A stretch of 64,000 nt of DNA from Kudoa neothunni. Its lineage: Eukaryota; Animalia; Cnidaria. How positions within the stretch are numbered: position 1 is the first letter of the stretch; every line of letters begins with the position of its first letter. The stretch spans positions 6,264,776 through 6,328,775 of the forward strand of contig OZ199840.1 of NCBI GenBank assembly GCA_964304625.1. Direction: 5' to 3'. The position numbers were made by a program, and so were the translations under genes. Of this stretch, positions 27,341-43,799 are shown piece after piece. The notes beneath the pieces were generated by a model. That model had not been told where the DNA came from, made no database searches, and saw nothing but the letters and a program-made list of their open reading frames with translations.

Positions 27341-29392
27341 TGATTATTTGATTAAGTTTGGTCCATATTATTTTCATGTGTATTTTTTCTCAGAATCAGG
27401 CGTTATATTAATTAATTGATTCATTTGATGTAATATAACGGTAAGAATCTTAGTGCATCTTCTGTAAGAATCCTATAATTTTTATAATACGTAATGTATA
27501 ATCAATATAAATAGATAGAATATTCCGGAATTTTATCCATAAATATGCACCCGATGCTCACCTCAGTAACCATTACTACTGAATTATTCAGGAGGTAACA
27601 ATACGCCCTGATATTTATATAAAAACATTCCTAATAAATGAATTTAAATCATGCTAATATTAATTCTCGGTAGCGACATTTGTGTGTTTCGAATTATTCG
27701 CATGTAAGTATTAAAATTTAATTTCCATAAGGTCTGCAAGCACGGATACCCAAGATTTTCAAAAACTTAGGCTCCCTCAAAATCTGCCCTTTGAATGGAT
27801 TAATGTACTTATGATAATTCTTAAGTATGAAATTAAATTAAAAATACTTCGCGAAAACTTAAGGGAGTATAATAATTAATAACGCCAATTAACTAATGGA
27901 CAATGCTCCCTTCATAATTTTTTATTTCATTTCGGAGGAAAGAAAACATGCGAGGTTTATAAACAAAGATTTCGTTAAAACTTTAGAATAAACTGCATGC
28001 GCGGCTAAATCTCCTACTTCCGAAACTGACCGACAATTTCTACAGGACGCCGCTTATTTGGGCCTATGTTGCATCATGATCTATTACTTTTTTATGAAAC
28101 TTAATATAATAAATTTGATTTTTATCCCATTTAGACATCTTCGGAGCCTTTTGTGTTTAAGTTTATGCTTTGATTTTATCACATCGGTCCAACACGGTCA
28201 GTTCATCTTTATCTTGTATCTGCGCTTGAAGCTATCGGAGAGGGACACATTTCATTTGTTGTACTTATTAGTGTCTTAAAATTGCATTAACGTAGTTTCG
28301 TAATAATTGAGGACGTTTAAGACTGTTTAAAAAGAGGGTCCCAAATGGACCCCATCGGCACACGCATAATTTTTTCGCGCGCAACACGAGGAGGGTTAAA
28401 AATCGAATAATATATTGGAACAAACTTCATTTTTTGGGTATAATTATCATGTTTTTTCATCAAAATTAAAATTTAACATTTTTAACCCCCCTTTTTTATA
28501 AAAATATTTTATTACATTTTTCAACTGTAATAGTATCTAATTGCATCATTGTTAAAAAAATTAAAATGAATATAAATATAAGCGATTATATAAGATGAAA
28601 TCACAAATTTCAAAATTAAATTAAACGTAAAATAACAACTTCATTCCAAACGTGCGCCCACCCATATATGATGCCACGGTTCTTACGCACATCTTTTGCT
28701 TTTTCTTACCCAACCGAATCTTGGTAAATCCGAATCTTTTTATAATTTAATCCCAAAAATTAGATTTAAGAGAAAAATTTATCGAAAATTAATTTAGTAG
28801 GAGCACTTTTCTGGATACACAAAACTATCAAGCTTACTTTTAATTCTCAGATTTTAAAACTTTGATAAATCTAACAAGATGGTTATATCATTATTAATTG
28901 GTTATGTGTTAATTTATTAGAAAAGTTTCATTCATTAATTTTTTGAATTAAACACATCTTGTAAGATATTTATGCCTTATATTTAAAGAAAAAAAATTAA
29001 AACGGGTTAAACTATGAAAATTAACGACGTATCCATAAAGTTTTTACGATTCACTTTTTTAAAATTAATAATTTACTTTGGAAAATTATTTCCAATTGTG
29101 ATCCAATCTTGCACTTGTCAACACATTAGTTCACAACCTTATTTATATTTAGGAAGCGCTGTTCTAAACATTAAATACGAAGCTTTTAAAACTTCACTGA
29201 TGTCATACTATTGGATTATAGTCACGGTAATTTATATGCTTTAATATCATCAAATATATGTCATTTTTATCTAATAAAATTATTTAAATACACAAGAAAA
29301 TTTTTTAATCTTAACACTGACTCTTCATCGTCAGATGACGATCGAAACTCACCGATACTCCGCACAAGGATGGTGCCGTAAATTATCGGCAT

Positions 29393-29553
29393 TGGCTATT
29401 GACACGGGAGTTTTTAATCCAAAATGGCAATTACGCTTGCACAGTGCCTATTTTTAATTCCGTTAACTCCTATTTATAGTTTATGTATAAAGTTTCTTTT
29501 AAATACATTCAAAACTATACCCACATGAATATTATGGTCCGTGTCAATGGCCA
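29393..29553. repeat. Short inverted-repeat element (probable MITE remnant)
   Basis: TGGCTATTGACACGG ... CCGTGTCAATGGCCA, 14/15 inverted match. Confidence 0.45.
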
Positions 29554-31135
29554 CTTCCTAAATTATCCTATTTACTTACTAATTATTAATTCATAATTTC
29601 TTTAGTTTGAATATACAATTCAATTCTGCATGGATTATTATACATACATATCAAAGTATATAATGTGTTCATTCAAGTGTGACAGTCATGACATCCCGAA
29701 TCAAAAAAATTCAGATATGTATTAACTCTGCAGAAATTTCATAACTAATATAGCATAAACCATCCCATTACGATATCTACTTTTCATTATAAGAGATTAA
29801 TTCAATGTAAAAACATTTAAGTTACATTTTGACTGATGTCTCGCTGAGCCTTATCCGAGCACAAGCTTTTAAATCGGTTTACCCCAGTTTAAAGACTGAC
29901 TCAGTAGGTGGCTTCAGTTGAAGAAATAGTTTCTTAGGGTCAAAAAATCTGATTAACAGGTTTCACGTACTTTTTTACCTGTCATGTATTATTTATTCAC
30001 ACAAATGGATAATCTAAATAAAATTAATAAAATATAATCTATTCAGCAATAATAGGATTTAATTGTTGATAATATTTTTTCATCGGAAGCTTATACGAAG
30101 AACAAACTTGGTTCGGCAATCTAATTAAGCGGTTGCCATAGTTTTTAAATAACAAAAGCACCATCTGATTTAAATTTTTATAAAACTCAACATTTCAGGA
30201 TTGAATTGAACGAAAAGGGATGCATGCATATTAGCCACAATAATCAGAGTTCGGTTAATGGAACGGACCTGACTAACACGAAGACAGGTACCAAATAATC
30301 ACCCAAACATACGAAAACTTTTTTCTGGACTATATGAATTTTTTATCACAGAATCGTATACATCGTTTAATGATTGTTAATGGCCGTGAAATTTTCGTAA
30401 ATATATTTCCAATTTTAACGATGCATCCGCTGCAATAATGTTAAGAAGATTTATATCGGAGTTCTAAAATTGCTTTCGTCAACAGTAGTTTTGGTTGCTC
30501 AACAACATTTAATCATAAATATGATATTGAAAAAATTATTTTAACCATTAAATTTACGTTGGTTAATTCTCGTCGCTGGGAGGTTAGTATTATGAAATGT
30601 TTGTGTCACCAACAATATAATCTGAAGTATGCGAAATATATTAGATAGTTCTTACAGTCATACGTATTGTTGAGACTTTGCGTCAAAATTTTCAGTTACT
30701 ATAGCAACCAGTTTTGTAGGCTCTTTTATAAGCGTTTTGAATCTACCCAAACTGTCAGTGAATGTGGCTAGTAATCTAATACATTAAAAAGTGGCTCAGT
30801 TAACAAATTCATTAAAATAATTTCTTTAAATTAGAATTAATTTTTGAATACACGGTAGAATTCACGTTATAAACTTGTATATAGATAACAATAACTAATC
30901 TAATCCACGCCATTGAACAATAAGTAGCCATCTAATGCGTGAGCGAAGGTCTTAAAACATATCAGAATCGAGGAAACAACATTTGAGTGTATTTTGGGAC
31001 CGTGGGACGCATCAAGATTCAAATATAAGAAACTGTGCGGCTTCTTCACAGCAGATCGGCATCGACATCTAATCTTATGAAACTTGCATGAAAACGGTGA
31101 TGGTCGGCTGAAACCGGAGACTCAACTGGAGTAAT

Positions 31136-32041
<906 letters not shown>

Positions 32042-32539
32042 TTTTTATTGGTATTTTAATCTTAAAATTGATTTTCTTACTATTACATTCAGTGTTTTTT
32101 TGTTTAAACATCGCTGCGGTTAGTTATATTTTTTGCACGGCCACCTAAGTCAATCATCCATTTCGTTGGAATAAATTAGCCATTTGGCCATTATTTTCCA
32201 TTTACTATGGGGCTTTGATATTTGACTATGGTGTTATTTAAAGGATGAGGATTAAAGAATCTAGAAAATATTTGTTTAAAAGTTAATTTGATTTTTTGTT
32301 TAAAATCGTGGCAATAATAAATATATTTGATTGTATGGGGTTTTTGCTTTGACATTGGATTGCGCGCATAGCTGAAATCCGGTTTATTAAGCTCAAAAAC
32401 GGGAGACTTATTCAATTGGATATTAAATCCAAATGCTGAATACGACATTTTTTAAATGTATTTTATGCGTAATAATGTTCGGAGTTAGATCTATTTAAGG
32501 TGGTGCTTTTAAACAAAATTTTTGTAACCAAAGACGTAA

Positions 32540-32978
32540 ATTATTGAGGCGTGGAGATATGGTTGGTTAGACCACCCGTATTAAGCGCTAGAGACATCGC
32601 AGGGCGAGTAATATCTACGTCAGCACCCCTTATCTTTATTCGGTAATGTGGGAGTTTAAACTACTAAACAACCTCATTTCCAGGGCAACCACCACTCGAA
32701 ACCCTATCTAACTGCAGGGCTTTGGCTCTACAGAGATTACAAACCGGTAAATACATTCCCAACGATTCAAATGTCTAATTCAACCTCCTGATTCTGATAG
32801 ATCGAACTATAACTGCAGATGAAATTACACTTATAGTGTAATCACGTTCTACCAACAACTCCCATCGCGAGATAAAGACATACTCGCACGGAAACAGTAG
32901 ATTGTTCAGCGGCAGGAATCGAACCTGGTAACTCCGGGTATTTAGTCCTGTCACCACACCACTGGACTAATCTTCCTC
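32540..32978 (-). mobile_element. tRNA-derived SINE-like element (3' boundary approximate)
   Basis: Minus strand starts GAGGAAGATTAGTCCAGTGG (A-box-like) and has GGTTCGATTCC (B box) at tRNA-like spacing, with no proper acceptor stem, followed by about 350 nt of higher-GC body. Confidence 0.55.
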
Positions 32979-33180
32979 GTCCATTGTTTTTTTGCAGAAC
33001 AATGGGAAATTCCTTACTTCTGGTAAAAATATTGATTATATGAGTATTTGTAATTATATTATCCACAAATTTAATGATATAAAACTTCTATATCTACACC
33101 GAAAGTTGTATTTAAAAAAAAATTATCCAACATTTGCACACGTACATGTGGACACAAACATTAGGAGAATTTTATATATA

Positions 33181-33831
33181 CAGTCGAACCCCGATTATCC
33201 GAAAAATTTGGGACCGGCGATATCGATAGCGAGGTTCCGGTTAATCGAGCACAGTGTCTTGCGTGCGCGCGGTTTTTTAAAAATTTCTACTTAAAGGATT
33301 CTTCACCTGATTAATAAGCAATTTTTTACTATTTATTAAGTAAAATATTTTAACTTCTGCCATTTAAGTTAAAAATATTGACATATCTATTAACTACGAA
33401 TGTGGAGACTTAAAGGAAAAACAGCACATAATTATGGCAGTTTTTACAGGTCTACAGAGGAGTAACCTACTTTTTGAAATAATTGATAATTAATGTTTGT
33501 TTAATATACATACAGGCATGTGGTAAGATATAGTACAAATTTACATGAGAACTGAATGCTCGGCTTAAGTCTTAAAAGAAAAATTTGTTAATAACTAACC
33601 TAGAGATATTTTTGTTTTAAATATTACGTTGGTATATATGCTACATTGTATGTGTGCGGCAATGATGGGTGTTACTTTTATCAGGAAATATGATTAAATA
33701 GTTCTTCTGGTTTCCAGTTACCGAGGTTCCGGATAATCGAACATTTATCGGCATGTAATGTCAATAAAATCCAAATAAAATTTAAAATTTCTTCCAGATA
33801 GCACGATCTCCGGATAATCGGGGTTCGACTG
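33181..33831. mobile_element. pogo/Tigger-type MITE with perfect 21-bp TIRs
   Basis: TA|CAGTCGAACCCCGATTATCCG ... CGGATAATCGGGGTTCGACTG|TA, with internal GTTCCGG(A/T)TAATCGA repeats. Confidence 0.92.
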
Positions 33832-34575
33832 TATTAAATGAATTGTATTTAAAGAACAATAAACACTCGCTTTACTTTGGTAAAAGTTTCTCAATTAATA
33901 ATAGATGTTCATCCAAATATAACCCGGATAATATTTCATCGATTAACCGTAAAATGCTGATTATAAAATAAATTTCTGCGACTTTTTGAATCCTAGTAAG
34001 CTTGCCGAGTATATTTTTTTAATTAATTAAAGATAATCCGCGTCTTTATCTTCTGTGAAATAATGATATGAGATTTCCTACTCTGATTAAAACTGAATGT
34101 TTTAAAAGCCAAATTTTGTATGTAATCAAGCTCATTTAAAATGATGAAAATTCAATCGAACGACGCACACAGTATTTTTACATTAATTTTTAAAGTTCGT
34201 TCCTCACGATAAACTCAATCACATAATTCTAACATACTAAATTCATTCTTTGATTATAGTTGTATTCAATTCGAGAAAAAAAGTTATTCCGTTAAATCAT
34301 AATATTATCCTGCGATATTCCTCGACTAGAGCTTTAAATCAGTTCAAATTAATATCCAATGAATTAAATTTATCTGTCTAAATTGCTACATAATTTTTTA
34401 TCAATTTTTGCCAGTCATTGCACTCTCTTTGCGGATCATAATACATTGTTGACACTTTCGGACAAAAAATTCACCCATCCCAGAGAAAGGTCTCATTATT
34501 ATTCCGAAAAGATGCAAGTTGTGCCGAAGAAATTGGACATCTTGTATTCAATTTAGAAGCTGTGTTTGATTAAAA

Positions 34576-36247
<1,672 letters not shown>

Positions 36248-37919
36248 TGATAATGAATGATTTTTGTAATTTCGACTCATACAAATGTTTTTGTATTCAC
36301 CTTGTTTTCATTCTGTAACTGGATATTGATTAAATCACCTATTCATCATTATAAAATTCATTCGATCAATATTAGATGAAATATTCTTCTATTTTCGATC
36401 TTTAACTACAAATAACCTCATATTATGCTTATTGTTGTTTCTATTCCATCTCAAATTTGAAACAAAAATTTGTAATCAACTAAATAAAAATTAAATAATC
36501 TGCGTATGTATTAAAATTATAATTTTATTTATACACATGAGAAATTTAATAATTTATATATATAATATATATATTACTACATACTTTAATATAAAATTGT
36601 TAGCTTTTAATATCATTTAGCGCATCTCAAATGATGTTGTAAGAACCCATCCATGACTTAGCGTATAGTACATTTTTCAAAGTAATCTATAAATTTTTTA
36701 TTTCGTAATCCTCTGAAACCAATCCAGAATATGATCATGTTCCTTATTTCTTCATTCTGAATTTTTCAATTATTTTATCGGATTAATTATTGAAATGCTA
36801 TGAATTAGAATTATTATTTCCCCTTTTAAACTCAGATATGTAATTCCATAGTAAGCGAATAAAACTCAATTAACTAAAACAAACAGATATTTTAAAAATT
36901 GATTTAAACTTAACAACCTAATTTTACAATAATATATCAAATATTCCTACTAAAAAAACTGGTTTTTTAATATTTTTTTAAGTTTTTTTATTTTGATCTA
37001 AAAATTTAATACACAATTTATTTCATCGTCTACATGGATTCGAGCCTGATTTGAGTTTGGATACGCAGGTGTCGTGTTTCAAAAATATCGTCTGACAAAA
37101 TCTTGGGATTTGAACTTTAAATTACGACCTTTAGTCCTTTCGAAGCATACTAATATGCTTTTCTATCAAGTAAGTTTTAAACCCTCTGTTTTTATATTCT
37201 ATATAATTAATTTTGTATTAAAAGAATATTTTTTTCAAAGGTTGACAAATTATTCGATTACTTAATCAACTTATTTAACAATTTGGGGATTTCTTATTAA
37301 TATATGGCTGTAAAAAATTAATGGACTTTAAAAATAAGATTATCCAATTAGTGACTATCCATTGGCCATATTTCGACTAGTTTGTTATAATTTATAACAC
37401 AAAAAATATCCGAATCGACTAAATCAACTAAACAAAACGGGAAAAGTTGAGTCTTGGGATATACTCGTGCGTGAAAACGAAGGATAATTTACTTATAGGA
37501 TGTGATTATTATTCATTAAAATCTTAATGATTTGCAAGAAAATTGTGTTAGTTAATTGTAGATAAAATAATTTACTCGTAAACTATGAAGAGCAAGAATC
37601 AAGATTAAAATTAAAGGATGCGTGCGCGGTACTTAATAGTCAATATTAAATTTAAAAATACCAATAATGACGGTGCTACTCACAATTTTGTTTATTCAGA
37701 TCATTAATAAACTCTACGGATTATTTAAATACAGGAACCAAAGAACTTTTAATTTTGTAAATATAAATCTGTGGTGAAAATGGAATACCAAATTATTTGA
37801 GAATATTATCGAAAAAATATTTTAGCCGTGCATAAATCAGTGAATATTAGTAGTAAAAAGGTACGAACAAGTTTTAAAACCAGATATCACAAAAAATAAA
37901 ATTTAAAAAGTAGAATTCT

Positions 37920-40550
37920 AAATGAGGTTATAATTTTCAATGGACCGGGCCATTTGTTTGATGATCACATGTAACTTATCTAAATAAACAAATCAATAGA
38001 CAAGTAAATTCATTCTTTATATTATTCTGTTTTTTATTAAATTGAAAATTTAACAGCCGTCATTGACCTACCCGGTAAAGTGGCAACAGGTATTGAACAA
38101 TTTTCTCGAGTAACCAAATAGAATTCGACCCCCATATTACATTTCATGTAGACACGACAGAATCATCATGCTTGACTAGAAGTCGATGTGTTGACTGATT
38201 TCTATAGACAGAAAATAATTAAGGCCATACTTGCACGTAATGACAACTTTTTATCAAATGTTCTATGATACCAAGATATCTTTTCGAAAATATAACTATC
38301 CACAGACTCAAGAGGTTTATTATTTATTTTGAAAAAACGAATATTTTTTAAATGATCATTGTAGTAGAACGCATATTTGATGGGTAGGTTCGTGGTTATC
38401 GAATGTTTTAAGTCGTATCTAGATGAGTGGGTGTGAGGGTAGAGATTAAATCACACATGTGATTACTGTTTTTCGTACACTAAAATAGATTCCCGTAACG
38501 CATTCAATCTTGGTTTGATTTTATCTTGTAAAGGCTCGATTGATTTTTTGATTGTAGCTAAAAATGGGGGAAATTAGTCCCGATAATTAAGTGGAAACCC
38601 CATTTGTTAATTTTTTAGGGCCGAGTCAATTAAAAATACCATTTGGTGTAAATATAAACGCATATACACCTGAATCCTACATTAACGTTAAAACAATTTA
38701 ACATCTATTGCACGATAATTATACCTCAACAAATTTAGGACTGTAGGTAACAGTATTATCACCATACATGTTGACACAATTTAATGAAGCAAGGTCTTCG
38801 TTTAACGACGTTCTAAATTATATGATCAATTACTATATTTTAAGAAAAAATAAAAAATGGAAGAATTATCTATTACTGTAATTCTTGTTTGGTCTTTACA
38901 CTCTAAAAATAGATAGATATGGTAGAACATGATTGATTGGATAAAAATTAGGAATTAAATACATTTGATTTTCCCCGAGTATAGTATTTAATGATGTAAT
39001 AAAAACGTTTTGTGGATTCCCGTTCAAAATCGCTCCTACAGCCATCACAAGAAATTGAGATAGATGTAATTTATTGAGTTACCATATGATATTGGATAAA
39101 TGTATGAGAATAACTTTCACCCCGATATCACTAATATATAAATAATATTTATGACAATACAGTTAACAAACTACTCTTTAAATTCTTTTATGTCAGATAT
39201 AATACTATGAAATAATGAGAAAATGCTAGCATCGTATGGTTGATATTTTATCGCTAGAAAAATCTCGCTAGGTTTAATTGCAATAAACTGTTCTTTGTTC
39301 AAACCACTACACATAAACTTAGGCGCAACTAGGGCTTATTATATTGGCTACATTTTTTACGCATTTCCTAATAAGATGAGTGGTGACAGCTAATCCGCAT
39401 TTCGTAATAAGATTTTCAATTTCGCCATATCGAAACTGTTTCCAACAGACATTAATAGTGCTATCAAAAAACGTTGCAACTCACGTAAATATTCCAATGT
39501 ATGATTTGAAGCAGATTTTGAAAAAATGTTGGCTAAAATCACAAAATATGTATTCTCGATCACAACTTCATTCGTTACATGTGTAGAATCTTCGAATTCG
39601 CTGCCATTGGTTACATTATTGTTTTTTTATACACTTGAAAACCACGAAAGTTTTGACAAAAATAGTCTCAACTCAAATTACCATGACCATCCATATACTC
39701 TTTTCGATGTGAGGAAAACAGTTTTTTTGGAATTTTTCGATACTACCATATCACAGTCAGCGGTTTAACGAAAAGGGTTCTACAGTCGAAATGTGAAACT
39801 CCTCCAAAAATTCACATTAACATACGAATTGAGTTGGATTAGTGCTATATTCAAACCGACCATTCATGGTGTATTCGTTATAGTTTCATTTTCCGGATAA
39901 TAATATATAATAGCTTCGTGCTCCTGGAGAACAAAAATAAATCAACAGATCACAAGAATTTATACGCCAACCTTGCCCTTCTTTTTGACCCAATTTCGTA
40001 GAAAAGATCATCAATTGTAGATTGAATCCTTGGTTATGTGGGAAGATGGGTGGCTTCTTGATCCCATTGTTGACCTTATTTAAACCTATATAGTCAAACG
40101 ACCCCATACGAAGTTTTATTTACCTTTTTTTAGTCTGTACGCAACTTTTTATGCAATTCTTAAACATCATTTGATCCAGTAAAAATGATGGAGACTAATT
40201 AAATCCTATATAATTACGTGGATGTTATTTAATCATTCATTCTTACCTAAGATTTATTTTCGAACAGGATCTCTGTCTACATAAGTTAATTATAAACGCC
40301 AAAATATTTCTAAAATTAATTATGTAATAAATACGCGTCTGTGTTTATTACTGATGATATTCAATGCAGAATCCGATTTGGCAAGTTTTCTAGTATAAAT
40401 ATGCTAATATTAGTCTCTTCATTTCGATTCAAACAAATGATATATTCACCAAATACCTGTTAGTTGCTAATACGGTTTATTATGCTTGTTCAGAAGATAC
40501 CACTAGTTGGTTTTGATATTTGAAGATTTTCAACGATTGTAGTAGTGCCT
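37920..40550 (-). pseudogene. Possible decayed multi-exon gene for a large extracellular protein, weakly polycystin-1-like (REJ/GAIN)
   Basis: Coding-like composition and short GT-AG intron-like segments on the minus strand. Peptide traces (PPIFPHNQGFNLQ..F...GW...L.Y; LRELQRFLIAL; AVGAILN; ILGENQMYL) are interrupted by many stops. Confidence 0.25.
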
Positions 40551-43500
40551 CAAATTAAAATTGACCTCGATTTTTCTTAAGTTTTTGATCGAGGTGTAAA
40601 ATTGACCTTTCTATCCCAACTTATTTATTTTTATTAGAAATCCAATATTTGCTTATATAACAACCTCTAAAAGGGTTTTATATTCGTGTTCATTAATTTA
40701 AAATGGAATACAGGAATAGATTCAAAATGTTAATTCGGTAATTTTGGCATTATTAGTAAAATTAATGTGTATATAAAAATATATTTAAATGAATATAGAT
40801 TCACATTTTAATTTCATTTCTAAGAAAATAATACTTCTGTTGTTCCTCTCTCGCGCATGCGTACAACTATTATCTTATTTTTATTTTAAACGAATAACTC
40901 CATATAAAAAGAGTATCATTCACACATAACGAATAAAGAGTGAGTTCATAACTATGTTTATTTTTAACATTAAGTTTGTTACTTGATTAAACGCATACTT
41001 CAAATTAGATTTATCTGTAATGTTAAATTTAAAAAATTAAGTAAAAATAGGTAGTACTGTCTCATTTACTTGAAAAAATATAAAAGAAAATTATATTCGT
41101 AGTGTATGATTTAATAGTTTGGACTATATTTAACTATTTCTGACTTCAAAGAACAAAACGGTAGGCCAGTAATAAGAGAATATAATAGATTCTGAAAGTT
41201 CAAATTTGCATACACGTTGCAAGTAAGAGTTTATAGGATTAAGAATTGTTAATACGCGTGCGTACGGATCATTTAGGATTGAAATTTGCCATGCAAATAT
41301 CTTCTGCCTATCGTATTATTTTAAAAGCTAATTCTTTATATATAAATTTAATATTTCATAATTATGGGAAAGAATTCTTGATACTTTTAATCAATGAAAG
41401 AATAGAAAGTTTTAAGGCGAGTTGAAGACGGTCTCATTAAACTAAGGCAGGAATAAGCGAACTCCGATTCTCAGTGTTTGAACTTAAATGAATAAAAATT
41501 TTATCGAAAAAAGCAAGCATGTTTATATTTGAGATTTAGATTTAATTATTTTTTCCAAATATAAATGTGAAAAAACAAAATAAAGAATAAATATTCCCCA
41601 GCACTAATTTCTTATTTTTTTTATTGATTGTTTAATATTAATTTTCTTGTGACGAATAAAAACATTTAATTATTATTCTCTACGAGTTCGAACCCATCAT
41701 TTAAATATAGAAAATATTGAATTCAATATAAATTAATTAATTAATATTGGAATAAAAATTGGATTAAACTAGTCATTTCCTCATAAAAGATGGCGATCGT
41801 TCATTATATTTTGTTCCCATTGTAGGCAATAATATGATTTCCAATATCAAAATATAAATATAATTAGCCAATTTTTCTTTTCTATTGTGGAAAATTCATT
41901 GCAACTAAGAGATCAATATGTATTCTGGTCCGCCTTCCAATTTAGCATCACTATTTACCCCGGTAACTAGTGATACGTTGCTAACCCTTGTCCTGTATGG
42001 TCGATATTTCGTCGATAAATAATTTTCAGCGTACAGGGAAATGTTGAATGAAGCCAATTTAAGCATGGTAAACTAGTTAAAAAGTATGACTGACGAGTTA
42101 ATAAACGCTTTAAAAGTGCCAAGAATAGGAGAAAATTCAATTATTATACTTGTAGATAACGCCCAATATACTCTAATTCAGAGGTGACAATTTTGTGGAA
42201 GAAAAATAATCATAAGGCCTAATCAAATGTCATATTTGTAACGCTGCGTGGTGTAGAAAACATAAAACTATTCGTCTGTATTTCTTATAATAATTCGCTT
42301 ATTTAACATCTCATATATATTCGAATGCGATATGTCCAATAATTTATTAACTGTTTGAAATAGGACCGTGTTTCTCCCAAAATAAGACTAGATGGTATTC
42401 TCGAGATAGTTTTAGTATACCTACCCCATACCTATGACCTAGAAAAATTTTCAAAATCCGGATATTCTGAATTGAATGAAAAATATCTCGATCGATATAA
42501 TTTTTGTCGGTCATTAATAATAATAAAAAGGTTACTGAGAAAACTCATTAGACACATATTTTGGGATTTCATTGCTATTTTATCTTCATTATTAAAGAGA
42601 AGATAAACATTATCGTTGATTTATATATTCCACTTGATATTTATATAAAAATAATTAGTTTCAATTCTCTCATATGAGCTCAATAATGTGTATGAAGTCT
42701 TATCTGTTACATATAAAGATCGAATTTCCCTTATTAAACAAAAAAATATAAGGCATGTCTTATATATGAGAAATAATGGTAGAAATAAAGTTTTGGAAAC
42801 ATGTATTTGGGTTTCTATTATTGTAGATCAAATAAAATCACCAAAGATTAAAATTATTCTATTTTTGTGTAATGTGAGAATGAGTCTTAGCAGATGTAAT
42901 TCGTTTTTACAATACTTTGCCAGTGCATGTTGCTTAAATCTGGTGTAAATATTTAATTTTATATTTAAATGTGAAAATCCCAAAATATTGTGATCAAAAT
43001 CTCCCAATTTTATTTGAAACATGTAACCTTTTAAAGCTATTAAGAAAGTTAAACTTAAGTTATGTGATCGTATTGAAAAGATGGATTCAAACACAAAAAA
43101 CGGTTTCAATCGTAGCATGTAATTTAAAATACAACTCGCCAACTAAAAAATACTTCATTTAATATCAAATATATTGATTTTTTTTAAAGATATGTTTGTT
43201 CAATCATTAAAATTAATAGTGTTATTCAATTTTCATATATTATATAGGAGTATGGGTTTTTTTTATTTTAAATCGCAAACCGCTGTGATAATGCTAAGAT
43301 AGACTATAAAAATTAGTGCTACATAAAAAAACCTAATAGCTTAATGAATTTAATAATTTTTAGTCATTGCAATCGAACGCTACTTAATTTATTTTCATTC
43401 CAAGTAAATTAGGGAATTATGTCACCCACCTTAAGGAGATCATATAGAAACCGGAAGTAATACAAATAGATGACATCTGACTTTTTGTAGAGTGACTTAT

Positions 43501-43799
43501 TACTAGAGACGTCATTTAATGGGCACAGCCCATTGACGTGAATGATTTCGACGCTTAAAAACCGCTGTACCAATAAAAATATCGTTTTAAAACAATATTT
43601 TGTTGGGAAAACTCATGTTAAACGTAAAATAAAAGTATCTGCGCGACATTAACACCAAGAACAAGTCTGATTAACGATGTAAAAGATAAAACGTATTAAA
43701 AACTAGTAGCAAAGAAGAATTTGTATCAGAAATACAAAGCAGATCACTATAGCTACACACAGCAGCATTAATTTGAACTCTAAAATCAATTAAAGCCAA

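Larger units (their letters stand above)
24265..28395 (+). mobile_element. piggyBac transposon (~4.1 kb including a nested insertion)
   Basis: TTAA|CCCTCC...GGAGGG|TTAA. Subterminal inverted repeat TGGGGTCCATT(A/T)GG is asymmetrically spaced at the two ends. Confidence 0.9.

Noticed and set aside
29318-29352. GATGA...CGAAAC minimal hammerhead-like motif
   Set aside because: Core reads CAGATGA rather than CTGANGA and the flanking stems are not supported
32900-32978. Second tRNA gene
   Set aside because: Has A/B boxes but no acceptor stem or standard anticodon arm; treated as a SINE-like head
41980-42450. Tc1-like VDNAQY motif and a piggyBac-like CCCTTG end
   Set aside because: Too short and degenerate, with no partner terminus
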